Source of the DNA: Isurus oxyrinchus
Lineage: Eukaryota
Direction of reading: 5' to 3'
Length of the DNA: 64,000 nt
NCBI GenBank assembly: GCA_026770705.1
Contig: JANJGN010000013.1
Span: 91,636,001-91,700,000, forward strand
Below the pieces are notes generated by a model. It made no database searches. It was not told the DNA's origin and worked only from the letters and a program-made list of their open reading frames with translations. This document shows positions 22,611 to 36,085 of the stretch, in pieces. The translations under genes were made by a program, and so were the position numbers. Within the stretch, counting starts at the first letter, position 1; every line of letters begins with the position of its first letter.

Positions 22611-24379
22611 AGGCAAAAGCAATCGCAACAACTGATATTTGCACCCTATTTCATTACTGGAAAGTTTGTTTGAACTCGGTGTCAGCAGGCTTGCAAACAA
22701 CAACACTGCATTATTTTATGAGTGTAAGCTGAGCAAAGGAAGTATGTCAGAAAAGGAGCCTGTGTGTGTAAATTATATACAAGCATCTGTGGGAATGGCT
22801 GGTCTGACAAGAAATGAATAGTGTAACCTCAACTCATCCATTCTGTGATTGTGATATCACCTAATAAAGAAAGGAATTCCTCGCAGTCTGGAATGATACA
22901 TCTACAGAGAATTCTCACAGATGGGTCAGTTTTTGGCAAAGGTTGTTAATCCATCAACACGATGGCCAGCTTTAGATTCAGCTTTCTTTGTAGTTTTAAA
23001 ATCAACAGTATGTGTCTTCTGACTAGATAGTAAATAAGTGATGTAACCATTATTTTGACTGTGTCAATGTGACTGTATGGAACTCATCAAGATGAGATCA
23101 CTTTCCTCATTGAACCAACGCAATCTGTTCTAGCCCTAAGCATGTACAATAATGCAGAACACTTGCTTCAGATCAGATCCTGTTACATTTGCATATTAAT
23201 AAAAAATAATTCTTAGCTGCAGTGCACACCTATGAATGGTATATTCAGTATCAATTATCTTGCAACATGGCCATCTATATGACCATTCAGACTCACTTGT
23301 AAATGCAAATAAAATGTTTGCTCAGGGATAACACTATCGCTTTTCAAATTGAACCTCATTAAAAAAAAGTCATTGCTCTAATCTGTGGTGTATCTTGTGT
23401 GATTTGCATGCCCGAGCTCAAGTTTTTTTCAATATATATATGTCAACTCAGCTGAAAATGGCGTGCAGTGAAACATCTGTAAAAGTAACTCATAAATATA
23501 GTTCACATGTTGGTCCAGCAGAAATCACTAATAGGCACCAAAACACTGAGCAACTCAACTAAGATGATATCATTCTGGTACACAATAAAGAAATGCTAAA
23601 GGCTATTTTACAAATTTGCACACATTCTGGCAGATGATCCCCAGACCATACTGCCTATTATAATGGATGTTTGGAAAATCCTAAGAAGCATACGTCAGAA
23701 TTCCCAAATTGCACTCCCAGCAGATGAAGTTCTGTATCGGGAATGCAACCCATTAAATGACACTTTATCTTCCAACATTAAGAGCCAATCTCAACACCAG
23801 CAAACAGTTCAAAAGTAAGCATGCCTTTTCTTTTGCCTTGGTTTTTCCTTCTGATCTTCTCCTCTCATCCCCAAAGGTAGAAACTGATGCAGATCCTTGA
23901 TTCAAAAGCCCTGGCAGTCTTCCAGTGCCTCACTGAAGTGCCCATTCATGTGCAAGTCTGCTGAATAAAGTTAATAAAACAAAACTTCCGCTGAAAAAGA
24001 AGATCTTTCATTACAAGTTTTGGAAGATAGAAGGTCCCGAAAGATTAACCAAATCAGCAAATATTTAAACCCTCAGTACACAATTGCAGACCACGAACAG
24101 AGACATGAAGTACTCATTCAACTGAAAGTGAAATCTTTCTTATGAAAAGAAAACACTGCTCCATTTGCTCCTATTTTGATCCAATGGTACGTAATAAGAG
24201 CTAAGCCTGGCAAACGTCATTCTTAAATCACAAATCTGACACAAAGTTTTTATCAGAAATGGCATAATCTTTCAGATATAACCTGTGGGCTGCCATAGTT
24301 AGCACCTTAACCTGGACTTTCCTTCCAAAGGAACCAGCTTTTGCCTTCTGCTTATCTTAGGTCGTAGGACTTAAATCTT

Positions 24380-24632
24380 AGGTGGCTGACACTCCAGTGT
24401 AGTGCTGTAAATGCAAGTTCGTTTTTTCATTCTTACACTGTCAGATGTGCCATCATTCAGATGAGACATAAAACCATGGGCCCACCTGCCCTTTCCATGG
24501 CACTGCTCGAAGATCTGGGGAGTTCCCCCTGGGTCAATAGGCACCATTACTAAAACAGATTTGTGGTCATTATCATGCTGCTGTCTGTTGGACTTTGCTG
24601 TGTATAAATTGGCTGCTGTGATTTCCTACATG
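24380..24632 (+). mobile_element. DeuSINE-like fragment
   Basis: ggctgacactccagtgtagtgctg...gtggtcattatcatgctgctg...aaattggctgctg. Confidence 0.7.
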
Positions 24633-25304
24633 ATGCAATTTTTGACCCTATCTCAGCTCTGTCACTATAAAAGACTGCTCAAAGTGTTCATTTGAACTGG
24701 TACAATGATATTGAAAAATTTTTACTTACACAACAAATGCAAAGTATGGGATAAATTTAGTTTCCAAATATCACAACATGCACATGGGTTCACAGCCTAC
24801 TCTTCTACAAAGCCTCCGAGCTTTGAACTTCTTTCCTTACAGCTCTTGAAACATTGTACTCGATCAAATTAGATTTAATGGAGCTGGTTTAAATTTCCAG
24901 CTCCACAACTCAACACAGCTGTAAATATTACAAAAACCTAAATAGATTTTGACATAGCAGCATTACCTGCTCTGCATTTCAGTTCCAGATTCAACAGGTC
25001 AGGGAAGGGTGCCAAGGACGGAACTGAAGCAGGCAAGTGCGTCATTCCAACACCACTTAGTGGGAAGGTCGCTTTGGTAAAATGTATTTTTGTAACATTT
25101 ACCAATGAGTCATGGAGCTAGAAACTTCAACTTGCCCTTGATAATTGAATAAAATGATCTAATTTGGTTGGTGGAACTTAACATTAATTTGTGGCAGAGA
25201 CAATTTTCAAGATGGCGGCAAAAATATATTACTTCAACCTCTGACATCTCATACACGTTGGAATAAATAATCACCCTGGTATAATATTCTGAATAACAGA
25301 ATCT

Positions 25305-25870
25305 TAGCTCTCAGTTGGTAGCACTCTTGTTTGAGTCATAAATATGTAGGTTCATAGTCCCACACCAGAGACATACGGCAGCATTTTCCATACCCGCCCA
25401 CCACCACAATCTTCTGGTCCTGCCGCAAGAAGTCAATGGACTTCTGGCTGGGGTGCCACTTCACGCGTGGCAGGGTCGGAAAATCCGAACCATAATCTAG
25501 GCGGACATTCCAGTGTTGTGCTGAGGGAGTGCTGCACTGTCTCAGATGCCGTATTTTAGATGTATTTGAGATGTTAAACTGACCCATCTGCACCCTCTGG
25601 TGAATGCAAAATATGAGAGAGTACTATTTGAAGGACTGTTACTTCTAGGAGAAGCAGGATAACACTCTGGATAACACTTATCCATAAACTAACACCTAAC
25701 ACCAGCAAAATAGAGTTATCACATCACTGTTTTTGGGGCCTTGCTGCCCATAAATTGGCTGCCCCATTTCCCACATTACAAAAGTAACTACACTTCAGAA
25801 GTAATGCATTTGCTGTAAAGAACTTTGGGATGCCCTAAACTCTTGAAAGGTGCTACTGAAATGCAAGTTT
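25305..25870 (+). mobile_element. DeuSINE (SacSINE1-like), near full length, with nested MITE
   Basis: tRNA-like head (ctcagttggtagcactc...ggttcatagtcc), core ctgagggagtgctgcactgtc, tail ctttgggatg...gaaaggtgctac...aatgcaagt. Confidence 0.8.
25376..25491. mobile_element. 116-bp Harbinger-type MITE
   Basis: Degenerate TIRs (..GCATTTTCC / GGAAAATCC..), 3-bp TSD ATA on both sides, same family as 19506-19610. Confidence 0.75.
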
Positions 25871-26177
25871 GTCTTTCCTTCAATAGCAGAACCGCATACA
25901 CATTCACCTAACTCCTTCATCAGTTGCCAGAATAGGAGCCCCAGGATTCAGTATTTTAAATTAATATTGTGGATTAAACTTCTTTTTAAAATCAAACCAT
26001 TTTAAATAGGTTGAGGATGCATACACCAGTCTGTTATGTCAGTTTCCTTTTTACTAATTACTGCTAAGCTCACAATGGTGGGTAAGGCAGAGTAAGAAAA
26101 TACTGCTTCTGCACTTTCTGCCATTAAGTTAAATTTAAGTTAAATTTGCTCCCAAGCGGAAATGGAAAGCACATATT

Positions 26178-26572
26178 GTTTATTCTGGGAGCACACCTTC
26201 AGAAGGATGTGAAGGCTGTGGAGAGCGTACAGAGAGATTTACTAGAACGATTCCAGGGACAAGGGATTACAGTTGCATGAATAGACTAGAGAAACTGGGT
26301 TCTCTTCAGATAGGTGAAGAGATTGGATTGAGGTGTTTAAATTCATGACCAGTTTAGATAGAGCAAAAAAAGAGGTAACATGAGAAAAAGCATTTTTACA
26401 CAATGAGTGGTTAGAATTTGGAATACACTTCCTGGTAAACTGGTGGATACAGATTCAATAGATAAATACTTGGAGGAGAAAAATTGCAGGGATATGGGGA
26501 ATTGCTCTTTGAAAGAGCCAACACAAACTTGATGGGCTGAATGGCTCCTTCTGCACTGTACTATTCTGTGAT
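26178..26572 (+). mobile_element. CR1 3' fragment
   Basis: ttctggga...gaaggatgtgaaggctgtggagagcgtacagagagatttactaga...gatgggctgaatggctccttctgcactgta. Confidence 0.85.
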
Positions 26573-26779
26573 ATCAGGAGGAGACTGATGGATTACAAAT
26601 ATTGCTCCCTCAAAGCCGCAAAGCCAAACAGGAAACCGAACGGCAACTCCCTTAATTTATCGCACTCGCAAAGCTGTGTACAAAAATGTAAGGGCCCGTA
26701 CACTTAAACAAATCACCCCACACTCCAAACAAATTGACACAATATGTTGGTTACAAACAGAAATTCTTGCTCTTTTCTT

Positions 26780-27930
26780 TTCAATCCTTTAATAGCAGGG
26801 ATTCTACAAGACAAGAAAAATCTTGCAAATGGCTCAACTTAACTTTTCAGAACATGCTCAACAAAGTTCCTCCTGAGGAGGTTAATTTTCATGGAAGAGA
26901 TGTTAAGTGGACAGGATGGATTGTCAGTTGAACTAGTAACAGAAGAAGAGTGTGGTAACCAATGGATAAAGTAACCAGTGGTGTCTTAGACCCATTCTGG
27001 GCTATTCACAATATTTTTAAAAGATATGGGAGCCTCTAATAGTATTATATAAATTTGTTGATGACACAAAGGTATGTAAGTAGGAGCTGTTGCCTTTAGA
27101 CTCATGGAAACCTCCACATTGAGGGAGATTATTTAGCACAGGAGGCCTTTCGGCATTTTGTGCCTATGCCAGTATTAGCTACTTGAATCATTGGATTGGG
27201 TTCCTAGCTATTTATGGTAATGTATTCCATATTCTAACTGTTCATCGCAAAACATCTCTGTAACTGCTCTGTTGCTAACACTAAATGTAGTTTTGTAATC
27301 TTTGTTGCAGATTCATCAACCAGTGGAAATAATTTTTCACTATTTACCATCTCAAATCTTACCTCCTTCACTTGGAGAGAAATTTAAGCCTATTATGTAA
27401 ATGGTCAATAATCCAACAGATGGTAACATGAGCACGTTTTTGATTGATATCAAAGGCTCCTCATTGGAAGGCGAAGAAAAGTTTGAAGGGTGATTATTCT
27501 GAAAGCAATCAGGCAATGCAAAGTTGGTAATCAATAGGGCAAACTAGGCACTGGGATACAATAGAGGGCATGAGGTTACAAGTATCAATGGTTGGGCAAT
27601 CCAGTTTTAGTCAGCCTACCTCAAAACAGGATCAAAATTCATGAGGGTTGGTTCAGAGAAGTGCAGTCAGTATGATCCCACAGTTTAAGCAGCTACGTTT
27701 TGAAGAAAGAATCAGGCTACTGTATTTATTTTCACTGGAGTAAAATAAGACTGAGGCAAGTTATGAGACAGGTCTTCAAAACAATGAAAGGCAAGCATAA
27801 AGATAAAGTCAGCCAAGTAACTGGACATTGGCCGAAAAACATAGGTGGAGGGCGCAGGAGAGGAGAAATATTGCAAAACATGTATAGTTCCTATAGAGTT
27901 GTGAACATGAGGAACAGGCTTCCACAGAGA
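26780..27930 (+). mobile_element. Highly decayed CR1 ORF2 fragments with other inserts
   Basis: RT-like remnants (aaatttgttgatgacacaaag = KFVDDTK) and 3' ORF2-like sequence at 27560-27930. Confidence 0.55.
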
Positions 27931-28631
27931 AGACTTTCCTTACTTTGAACTTTCTTAGCTACTCAGGAAATTAGGAGCATGAACTGCATCGCAATGCTTC
28001 TGGTACAAAATCATAAAGATAATGTGGGAGAAATTAGATATGGCCCAATAACAGACATAGGGATCGTGACGTAGGATTAACCCATACCCTTTTGTTGCAA
28101 TGCACCTAATCTTCATACTGCCTGCTAATTTAAATGATAGTATCATGCGGCCCAGCACTAAATCTGCTACAGAGTGACTGCACGCCTCAGTAGGGAGCCC
28201 AAGCTTGTGTCAGGCTAGCACCACTTAAAGGATTGCACTATTTTACAGGATTCAGCACTCAAAAAATGCAGCTAGAATGTAAAAAAAATGCAGCCACTTA
28301 AAAGATAAGTGGTCACCTATGGGGGTAAACATTATTTCACTCTGGACATCCTTGCACAAAACATATGGAAGGACCACAGAATGATGAGACCATTCCCACT
28401 GGTCATTGCCAAAAATATGCGAAACCTGTTGATATATCGGTAGCATAATGAAGAAATGTGCGCAGAGTATAATGATCTCTCTGACATGCTTCCTTCCATT
28501 CTTGCTCAAGTTCCACCTTCTACCAAAGTATTTTGGACACTTTAACTTGAGCTGTTATTACATTAAGGTGGTATATAAATGTAATTTGTTGTTGTTGGCA
28601 ACCATGTTATTCTCTAGTTTTCATATAGATG

Positions 28632-28952
28632 ACATAAGAAACATAGAAAATAGGAGCAGGAGTAGGTCATCTGGCCCTTCAAATCTGCTCTGCCACTTAG
28701 TATGATCATGGCTGATCCTCTACTTCAACGCCATACTCCCACACTCTCCCCATACCCCTTGACACCTTTAGAGTGCAAAAATCTATCTATTTCCTTCTTA
28801 AATATATTCAGTGACTTGCTCTCCACAGCCTTCTGTGGTAGAGAATTCCACAGATTCACCAACCCCTGAGTGAAGAAGTTTTTCCTCATCTCAATCCTAA
28901 ATGGTCTACCCCGTATTCCGAGATTGTGGCTCCTTGTTCTAGACCCCCCAGC
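28632..28952 (-). mobile_element. CR1 3' end
   Basis: Translation SRTRSHNLGIRGRPFRIEMRKNFFTQGLVNLWNSLPQKAVE; cataagaaacatagaaa tail. Confidence 0.92.
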
Positions 28953-29335
28953 TAAGCCCCCTCGATTAAGAGTTTGTTTTAGGTCTTCTCCTTCACAACC
29001 CATCCCTTTTCTGTTTTTCATTTCTATTGATGCCTAAATACTTTAATTAGACTCAGTATTTCAATGAGCTGGAAGACATTTCGTTATTTTAGATTCTAAA
29101 TTACAAAGTAAAACTTTTAATTTTTGTGTTTCAAAAGCATAGATGAAATAAAACAAAATAAATGAAACTAATATTGACAAATGTACTAGAAAATAAAAAA
29201 AGGCTTAAAAGTCTCTGCCCCTTTAAGAGCTCTATCACAACATAAGCCCATTTCTATTGGGCAAACATTGCCCTATTGCTGTAGATGGAACTTTGGATGC
29301 CCACTGACCATGGTTTGCTAGCCCTTAATTTATGT

Positions 29336-29730
29336 AATGATGGCATAGTGGTAACGACACTGGACTAGTAATCCAGAGGTCCAGGCTAATACTCTGGGGA
29401 CATGGGTTCAAATCCCACCATGGCAGCTCGTGGAATTTATTTTCAATTAATTAATAAAATCTGGAATTAAAAACCAGTCTTAGTAATAATGACCATGAAA
29501 CCGCCGTCAATTGTTGTAAAAACCCATTTAGTTCATTCATATCCTGTAGGGAAGGAAATCTGCCGTCCTTACCTGGTTTGGCCTACATGTGACTCCATGC
29601 TCACAGCAGTGTGGTTGACTCTTGGTTGCCCTCAGAAATAGCCTAGCAAGCCACTCAAATCAAGGGCAATTAGGGATGGGCAACAAATGCTGGCCTTGTC
29701 AGTGACACCCACATCTCATGAAAGAATACA
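29336..29730 (+). mobile_element. tRNA-headed SINE, full length
   Basis: A box TGGCATAGTGG at 29341-29351, B box GGTTCAAATCC at 29405-29415, LINE-type tail caagggcaattagggatgggcaacaaatgctggcc. Confidence 0.92.
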
Positions 29731-29944
29731 TTTTTAAAAATATAATAAAATCACTCACTCCAGGAGGTCTGATCCATGCTGCCAGCAACTGAGACATCCT
29801 CAGGGAACACTAAGTCAAAAGCACTATCTTTGCATTCCACAAACAGTGTTTCTCAATTTGAAAAGGCAACAGGCCAAGCCTGCAACTCCAGTCAAGACTG
29901 CAACACCAAATACTTCAGCATTACAGGGGGCGGGAAATCAGATG

Positions 29945-30105
29945 ATTCAACATCTCATCTGAAAGACAGCACCTCCAATAGTGCAGCAATCCTCAGTAGT
30001 GCACTGAAGTGTCAGTCTAGGTTTTGTCCTCAAGTCTCTGAAATCGGACTTGAACCAGCAACCTCACTCAGAGGCAGGAGTGTTATTGACGGAGCCACAC
30101 CTGAT
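29945..30105 (-). mobile_element. DeuSINE-like 5' fragment
   Basis: aacatctcatctgaaagacagcacctcc...ggacttgaacc...actcagaggcaggagtg. Confidence 0.75.
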
Positions 30106-31192
30106 GCAGGGTTGAAATATTTAGTCCATTTTGTTATCAGCAAGTTAAATCTCTAAACAGGAATGGCTGTCACCTCACAGAGGAAATCACCAGGCTGCTG
30201 TCACACCCATGAGTGTCTGGTGTTTCCAGTCAATTGTGTTTTCCTCATTTTGCTTGTTGTGGAAGCAGGGGAACAAGGAAGAACATTACAATAATGAAAT
30301 AGGTACAGAACAACAGGGAAACAAGGCTCCACTTGAATTCCCATCCAGGATGAAGCATGTGTACTAGCTTGAAGTCAAAATGGGGAACATCCAAAGATCT
30401 TATCTATAATATTTTGCATACCTCAATTTACAGTTCTGGTCCAGGTAATTTTATTTGAATCCTATCATGACTGTGCTATTTCAAGCTGCTTCTATACTTT
30501 TTTAATGTTAACTTTCTTTTTTTTCAACAGCACAGATAAAATTCTCATGATTTTTTTTTTCTCCTGTAGCTTGATACCTTTGCACTTGGAATCTTCTTTC
30601 TGGCTTTCTGTCCACCCACTTTAATCCACATAATCTTTCAAATATCATAGTGCCTTAAAGTAATCATGAATTCCCAAGTGAGGCCTAACAAGGTGCACTG
30701 AAACATCAGTGAAAGATCTGCAGATCTGACTTGTGCCATCCATCCCAACATTCTAACAACTTCTTTGTAATTGTTTCGCCATTTTATTTAGATGTGGAAA
30801 ATGAAAGGTATATTATTCCCAAGTCTCATTCTAGAGGCAGGATTGCCCCAGGTTTGCACTAAGCACGGTAGCAGCCAGCCACAATGGTGGCTTTTCATGC
30901 TGTATTATCCCAAGCCTATCCCATTAATTATACTTTCCCGGGAAACACGCCAGTTCCACGGCAGGTGAATGACACCCACCGCTCTCAACTCACACACTCA
31001 CAAACCCATCACACATCCATAGGGCCCTCACTCACTCTCTGTGCAAGGGACATCATCATTCACTCTCTCACACACACCTTCCTTGTCCTCATCCCATCCA
31101 TGGGACCACTCACCACCTACAGATGCCAGGCATACTTATCATCTGGCCTGGCAGGCATCCTGCTTACAACCTCTCCCTCTCTATTCATGCAG

Positions 31193-32112
31193 GACAAGCT
31201 GGCACAGAACAACAGAGAGAGGTCACAGCCGAGTGGAGGAATGCATGAAACCAAGGTCCTCATGGACTTTGAAAACTGAGCCATCCAGCTGGCTGGTGAG
31301 GATCTGGACCATTCCTGTGCTGACGGTGAGGTTGGAGGTACTCTACCAAGTGAGGGTCCAGCAGTGCAACTTCCATCAGACAATCATGCTGTGAGTGATG
31401 TGTCCTGTTTTACAGGCCACAGCCATGCACTAATTATCTCCCCTTGCTTTCGCAAGCACATCTGGGAAACAGCCGACAGAGTCCATGACCCAGGGCCTGC
31501 AAACAAACCCAAAGAAACCTCTGAAGAGGAATCTGGAGGCACCCTCCCTGAAGTCCTGTCATAGCGCTCACCCTCCACCAGCGCAGACACACACACCTCG
31601 GTGGGACCTAGCTTTAGAGTAGCCTCAGGATCACAATTTGGTGAGCACACTGTACTGTCTGATCCACAGCAGGTGGGGGCAGGGACTTCCCAGGTGCCCG
31701 GCACTCGGAGGACTGCTGAAGGCCAGAAATTTGCTGACTCCAAGTCAGATGAAGAGCCTCTGGACTCGGTCATGTCACAGTCGCTGCAGCTGCAAAGGCA
31801 AGCTCGAGAACATCAGGAAGGGATATCTGCTGCACTCTTCAGATTGCAAGGCATGATGGAAGAGTCTGTCCACGTTCAGGTTGAGGTGATAGCGCCGGCA
31901 TGCCAATGCGCCGACGTCAACACTGGTAGGTTTGCAGACTCCATGGAGAACCTGATCCAGGACGTTGTTCCTGCACTGCTGCGCAGACTCAACTGGATCG
32001 CTGATGCCATAGTTGGCCTCCAACAGTGTCAACGTGAGAGGGGTGCCGGGCAGCTCGATCTCATTCCATCTTCCCCTTTTCCTCATGGAGTCAGCCAGGG
32101 GCCCCAAGGTAC
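31193..32112 (+). pseudogene. Harbinger accessory (Myb/SANT-like) gene remnant, spliced
   Basis: Acceptor ctctctattcatgcag then DKLAQNNRERSQPSGGMHETKVLMDFEN*AIQLAGED, resembling the post-SANT KTGGG motif; in-frame stop; coiled-coil-like tail in ORF 31601-32164. Confidence 0.65.
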
Positions 32113-32114
32113 CC

Positions 32115-32367
32115 ATATTGTAATTGTAACCCTAATTGTAACTACACAGTTGGACAGAGTATAACAGAAGAGATAATGAGAGCTTGCCAGAAAGGTACGG
32201 CAATAATCATGGGGGGTTTTAATGTACTTTTAGACTGAAAAAATCAGGTGGGCAAAGGTAGCATAGATGAGGGCGTTTTTGGGATAGTTTCTTAGAACAG
32301 CATGTTCTGGAGCCAACCAGAGAGCAGGCTATACTAGACCTAGTGTTGTGTAATGAGATAGGATTAA
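32115..32367 (+). mobile_element. CR1 endonuclease-region fragment
   Basis: ataatcatggggggttttaat (IIMGGFN, GDFN motif)...EQHVLEPTREQAILDLVLCNE. Confidence 0.85.
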
Positions 32368-32369
32368 CT

Positions 32370-33165
32370 TTCCCTCCGGGACACCCTGGTCCACTCCTCC
32401 ATCATCCCCTACGCCTCAACCCCCTCCCACAGCACCTTCCTATACAACCGCAGAAGGTGCAACACCTGCCCCTTTACTTCCCCTCTCCTCACCGTCCAAG
32501 GGCCCAAACACTCCATTCAAGTGAAGCAGCACTTCACTTGTACTTCCCTTAATTTAGACTACTGCATTCGTTGCTCCCAATGCAGTTTCCTTTACGTTGG
32601 AGAGACCAAACACAGACTGGGTGACCGCTTTGCAGAATACCTGCGGTCTGTCCAGAAGCATCACCCAGACCACCCTGTCGCTTGCCATTTCAACACTCCA
32701 CCCTGCTCTCATGCCCACATGTCTGTCCATGGCCTGCTGCATTGTTTCAGTGAAGCTCAATACAAACTGGAGGAACAGCACCTCATCTTCCAACTAGGCA
32801 CTTTATAGTCTTCCAGTCTGAATATTGAGTTCAACAATTTTAGATCATGAACTCTCTCCTCCATCCCCACCCCTTTTCTTTTCCAATAATTTATATAGAT
32901 TTTTCTTTTCCCACCTATTTCCATTATTTTTAAATGTATTTCCATCCATTGTTTTATCTCTGCCTTTTAGCCTTTTTCGATTCCTTTACCCCACCCCAGC
33001 CCCACTAGGGCTATCTGTACCTTGCTTGTCCTGCTTTCTACCCTTAATTAGCACATTCCTTAGATAATATCACCACCTTCAACACCTCTTTGTCCTTTTG
33101 TCTGTGACATCTTTTGGCTATCTCCACCTATCACTGGCCCTTTATCCAGCTCTACTTGTTCCCCC
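32370..33165 (+). mobile_element. Neptune-type Penelope-like retroelement 3' part (GIY-YIG)
   Basis: NRRRCNTCPF linker, then YCIRCSQCSFLYVGETKHRLGDRFAEYLRSV...PVACHFN...KLEEQHLIFQLGTL, followed by a pyrimidine-rich UTR. Confidence 0.9.
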
Positions 33166-33169
33166 TCCC

Positions 33170-33458
33170 CGCAATCGGTGTCCTCCTCATCAGAGCAGAC
33201 CTCCAGCTCTTCTACCTTCTCCTCAGCCAGCTCCTCTCCCCATTGCAGTGTCAAGTTGTAAAGGGCGCAGCAGATAATGATGATACGTGACTCCCTCTGC
33301 CGACTGTATTGCAGGGCTCCACCAGACCAGTCTAGGCACCGGAACCTCATTTTCAGCATCCCGATGGTTTGCTCCACTAAGTTACAAGTTGCAGCATGAG
33401 CCTCGTTATAGCGTCACTCTGCTGCAGTCTGAGGCTGCCGCACGGGCATCATCAGCCA
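33170..33458 (-). pseudogene. Harbinger (HARBI1-like DDE) transposase C-terminal remnant
   Basis: WLMMPVRQPQTAAE*RYNEAHAATCNLVEQTIGMLKMRFRCLDWSGGALQYS...IIICCALYNL; contains a stop. Confidence 0.9.
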
Positions 33459-34591
33459 TGTCCTTTGCTCATGCCACCGAACATGCAGGACGTCAGTGGG
33501 CACAGAAAATCACAGACCAAATTTCCCTTTGCTATTTTTATACCATTCATACATATATAAACTGAACCTTTTCTTTTGGCCCAATCTGCAGTGTTTTATA
33601 TTTGTGAGTAATTAATGTAATTTGAAGAACATGAAGCCCTACAGATTCAAACTGATGGTGAATGAGTATGAGTGCAGAGTTGATATTATTATTAAGTCAT
33701 CTCTACTGCAAGGAATATTGAAATTGACATTGTTGCAACTGACAAGTCAGAGGCCTATTCACTGACTGGCCAGTCTAGAAGAGTATTCTGTTCAATAGCA
33801 CACTGCACTCCAATGGATCTTGAACTTAATGCACAGATTGAGAACACGATAGTATATTACATTGACTGATTTATAATGCTATATTTTAACATTCATCTCT
33901 TAACCCTGGTACATCAATATGCCATTCACACTATCTTTTTCAATCAGTTACCTCCACTTCATGCTTCACATCTCCTGTTTTGCATTGGAGACAAAGCTCT
34001 TCCCCATAATTTTCTATTCCATACCACATCTTTGCTTCAGTTCCTTTCATTTCGTCTCTTTTTTTTGTAATGTACTTCCATTCATTGACTTCAGTTAGTG
34101 AATTGAATATTATTTAATAAGACCGGGCAAATGTACATCAACTTTTTAAAAAATATATCCTTTTTGTTTGAAGTATAAATAAAGGTTGCGTCAATCATCT
34201 TGGAACAAATGAAGTATATAATGGCTTGTATTAGGCCAGGCTTTTTGTAGTAATGATCGGATCCAAGCTCTATGGCTTGTGCCACATTCTACAGAATGTC
34301 CACAGAAGACAGCGAGAATGACTTTGATGCGCAGCGACAGAGTCAATTATCTGTTGCCTTGCCTTTGGAAATGAGAAATAAAGAGCAACAGAAAAGCATG
34401 GCAGCTTGGAAATGTGTTGAAGTGTGTGTGAGAATGATAAAGGGTTTTGACTATGTTTTCAGCAATGACTGGGAAAGAATCTTGTGCGTTTTACATAGAA
34501 TTACAGAGAGTCTGTAGCAAAGAAACGGATTGTGTAGCCCAGCAGGCCTATGCTCCACATGAGCCTCCTCTCATCCCCACTTCATCCAACC

Positions 34592-36085
34592 CTGGGAGGA
34601 GATAGCAGGGGCCCTGACATTAATTTTCAAATCCTCACTGGCCACAGGAGAGGTGCCAGAGGACTGGAGGACATCGAATGTGGTGCCATTATTCAAGAAG
34701 GGTTGGAGGGATAAACCAGGAAACTATAGTCCAGTGAGACTAACATCAGTGGTAGGGAAACTTTTGGAAAAAATTCTGAGGGACAGAATTAACCTCTACT
34801 TGGAGAGGCAGGGATTAATAAGGGATAGTCAGCATGGCTTGGTCAGGGGGAGGTCATGTCTAACAAATTTGATTGAATTTTTCAAGGAGGTGACTAGGTG
34901 TATAGATGAGAGTAATGCAGTTGATGTGGTCTGCATGGACTTCAGTAAGGCTTCTGACAAGGTCTCACATAGGAGTCTGGTCGAGAAGGTAAGAGCCCAT
35001 GGGATCCAGGGCAATTTGGCACATTGGATCCAAAATTGGCATCGTGGAGGAGGCAGAGTGTGATGAATGTTGTTTTTGTGACTGGAAACCTGTGTTCAGT
35101 GGCATACCACAGGGTTCGGTGCTGGGTCCCTTGCTGTTCATAGTGTACATTAATGATCTAGACCTGAATGTAGTAGGCATGATCAGTGAGTTCGGAGATG
35201 ACATGAAAATTGGCAAATAGCAAGGAGGAAAGCCTTAGACTACAGGATGATATAGATGGGCTGGTCAGATGGGCAGAACAGTGGCAAATGGAATTTAATC
35301 CTGAAAAGTGTGAGGTGATGCATTTCGGGAGGACTAACAAGGTGAGGGGGTACACGATGAATGGTAGAACCCTAGAAAGTATTGAGGATCAGGGGAATTG
35401 GTGTGCAAGTCCATAGATCCTTGAAGGCAGCAGGACAGGTAGGTAGATAGTTAAGAAGGCATATGGGGTACCTGCCTTTATTAGTCGAGGCACTGAATAC
35501 AAGAGCAGAGAGGTTATGATGAAGCTGTATAGAATGGTGGTTAGGGCATAACTGGAGTACTGTGTACAGTTCTGGTCACCACACTTTAGGAAGATGCAAT
35601 TTCACTACAGGGAGTGCAGAGGAGGTTCACCAGGATGTTGTGTGGGTTGGAGCATTTCAGCTATGAAAAGAGACTAGATAGGCTGGGGTTGTTTTCTTTA
35701 GAGCAGAGAAGACTGAGGGGGACTTGATTGAGGTGTACAAAATTATGAGGGGCATAGATAGAGTAGATAGGAAGAAACATTTTCCCTTAATGTTGGGGTA
35801 AGCAACTAGGGGCCATAGATTTAAGGTAAGTGGCAGGAGGTTTAGAAGCGATTTAAGGAAATACTTTTTCACCCAGAGGGCAGGGGGTATAAAGAACTCA
35901 CTGCCTGAAAGGTGGTAGAGGTGGGAAACCTAACTACATTTAAGAAGTATTTAGATGAACACTTGAAACATACACAACATTCAAGGCTATGGGCCAAGTG
36001 CTGGATAATGTGATTAGAGTAGATGGGGGCTTGACATAATAGGCCGAAGGGCCTCTTAACATGCTGTAAAACTCTATGACCCTAT
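34592..36085 (+). mobile_element. CR1 LINE, 5'-truncated (RT domain to 3' tail)
   Basis: PEDWRTSNVVPLFKKG...PGNYSPVRLTSVVGKLLE...GIPQGSVLGPLLFIVYINDL...WQMEFNPEKCEVMHFG; frameshifts; ctctatga tail. Confidence 0.97.

Larger units (their letters stand above)
30835..33519. mobile_element. Harbinger/PIF DNA transposon remnant (Myb/SANT-type gene on +, transposase on -) with nested retroelements
   Basis: Both component ORF remnants are present and convergent; outer ends uncertain. Confidence 0.7.

Noticed and set aside
24967-25060. Possible small exon (donor-like sites on both strands)
   Set aside because: No frame gave a recognisable peptide and the acceptors are weak or ambiguous.
29341-29420. 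tRNA gene
   Set aside because: A and B boxes are present but the cloverleaf is broken and the sequence runs into a SINE body seen at several loci.
33060-33377. Host HARBI1 gene
   Set aside because: Truncated, has an in-frame stop upstream, and is fused to Penelope sequence; it is a transposon fossil.
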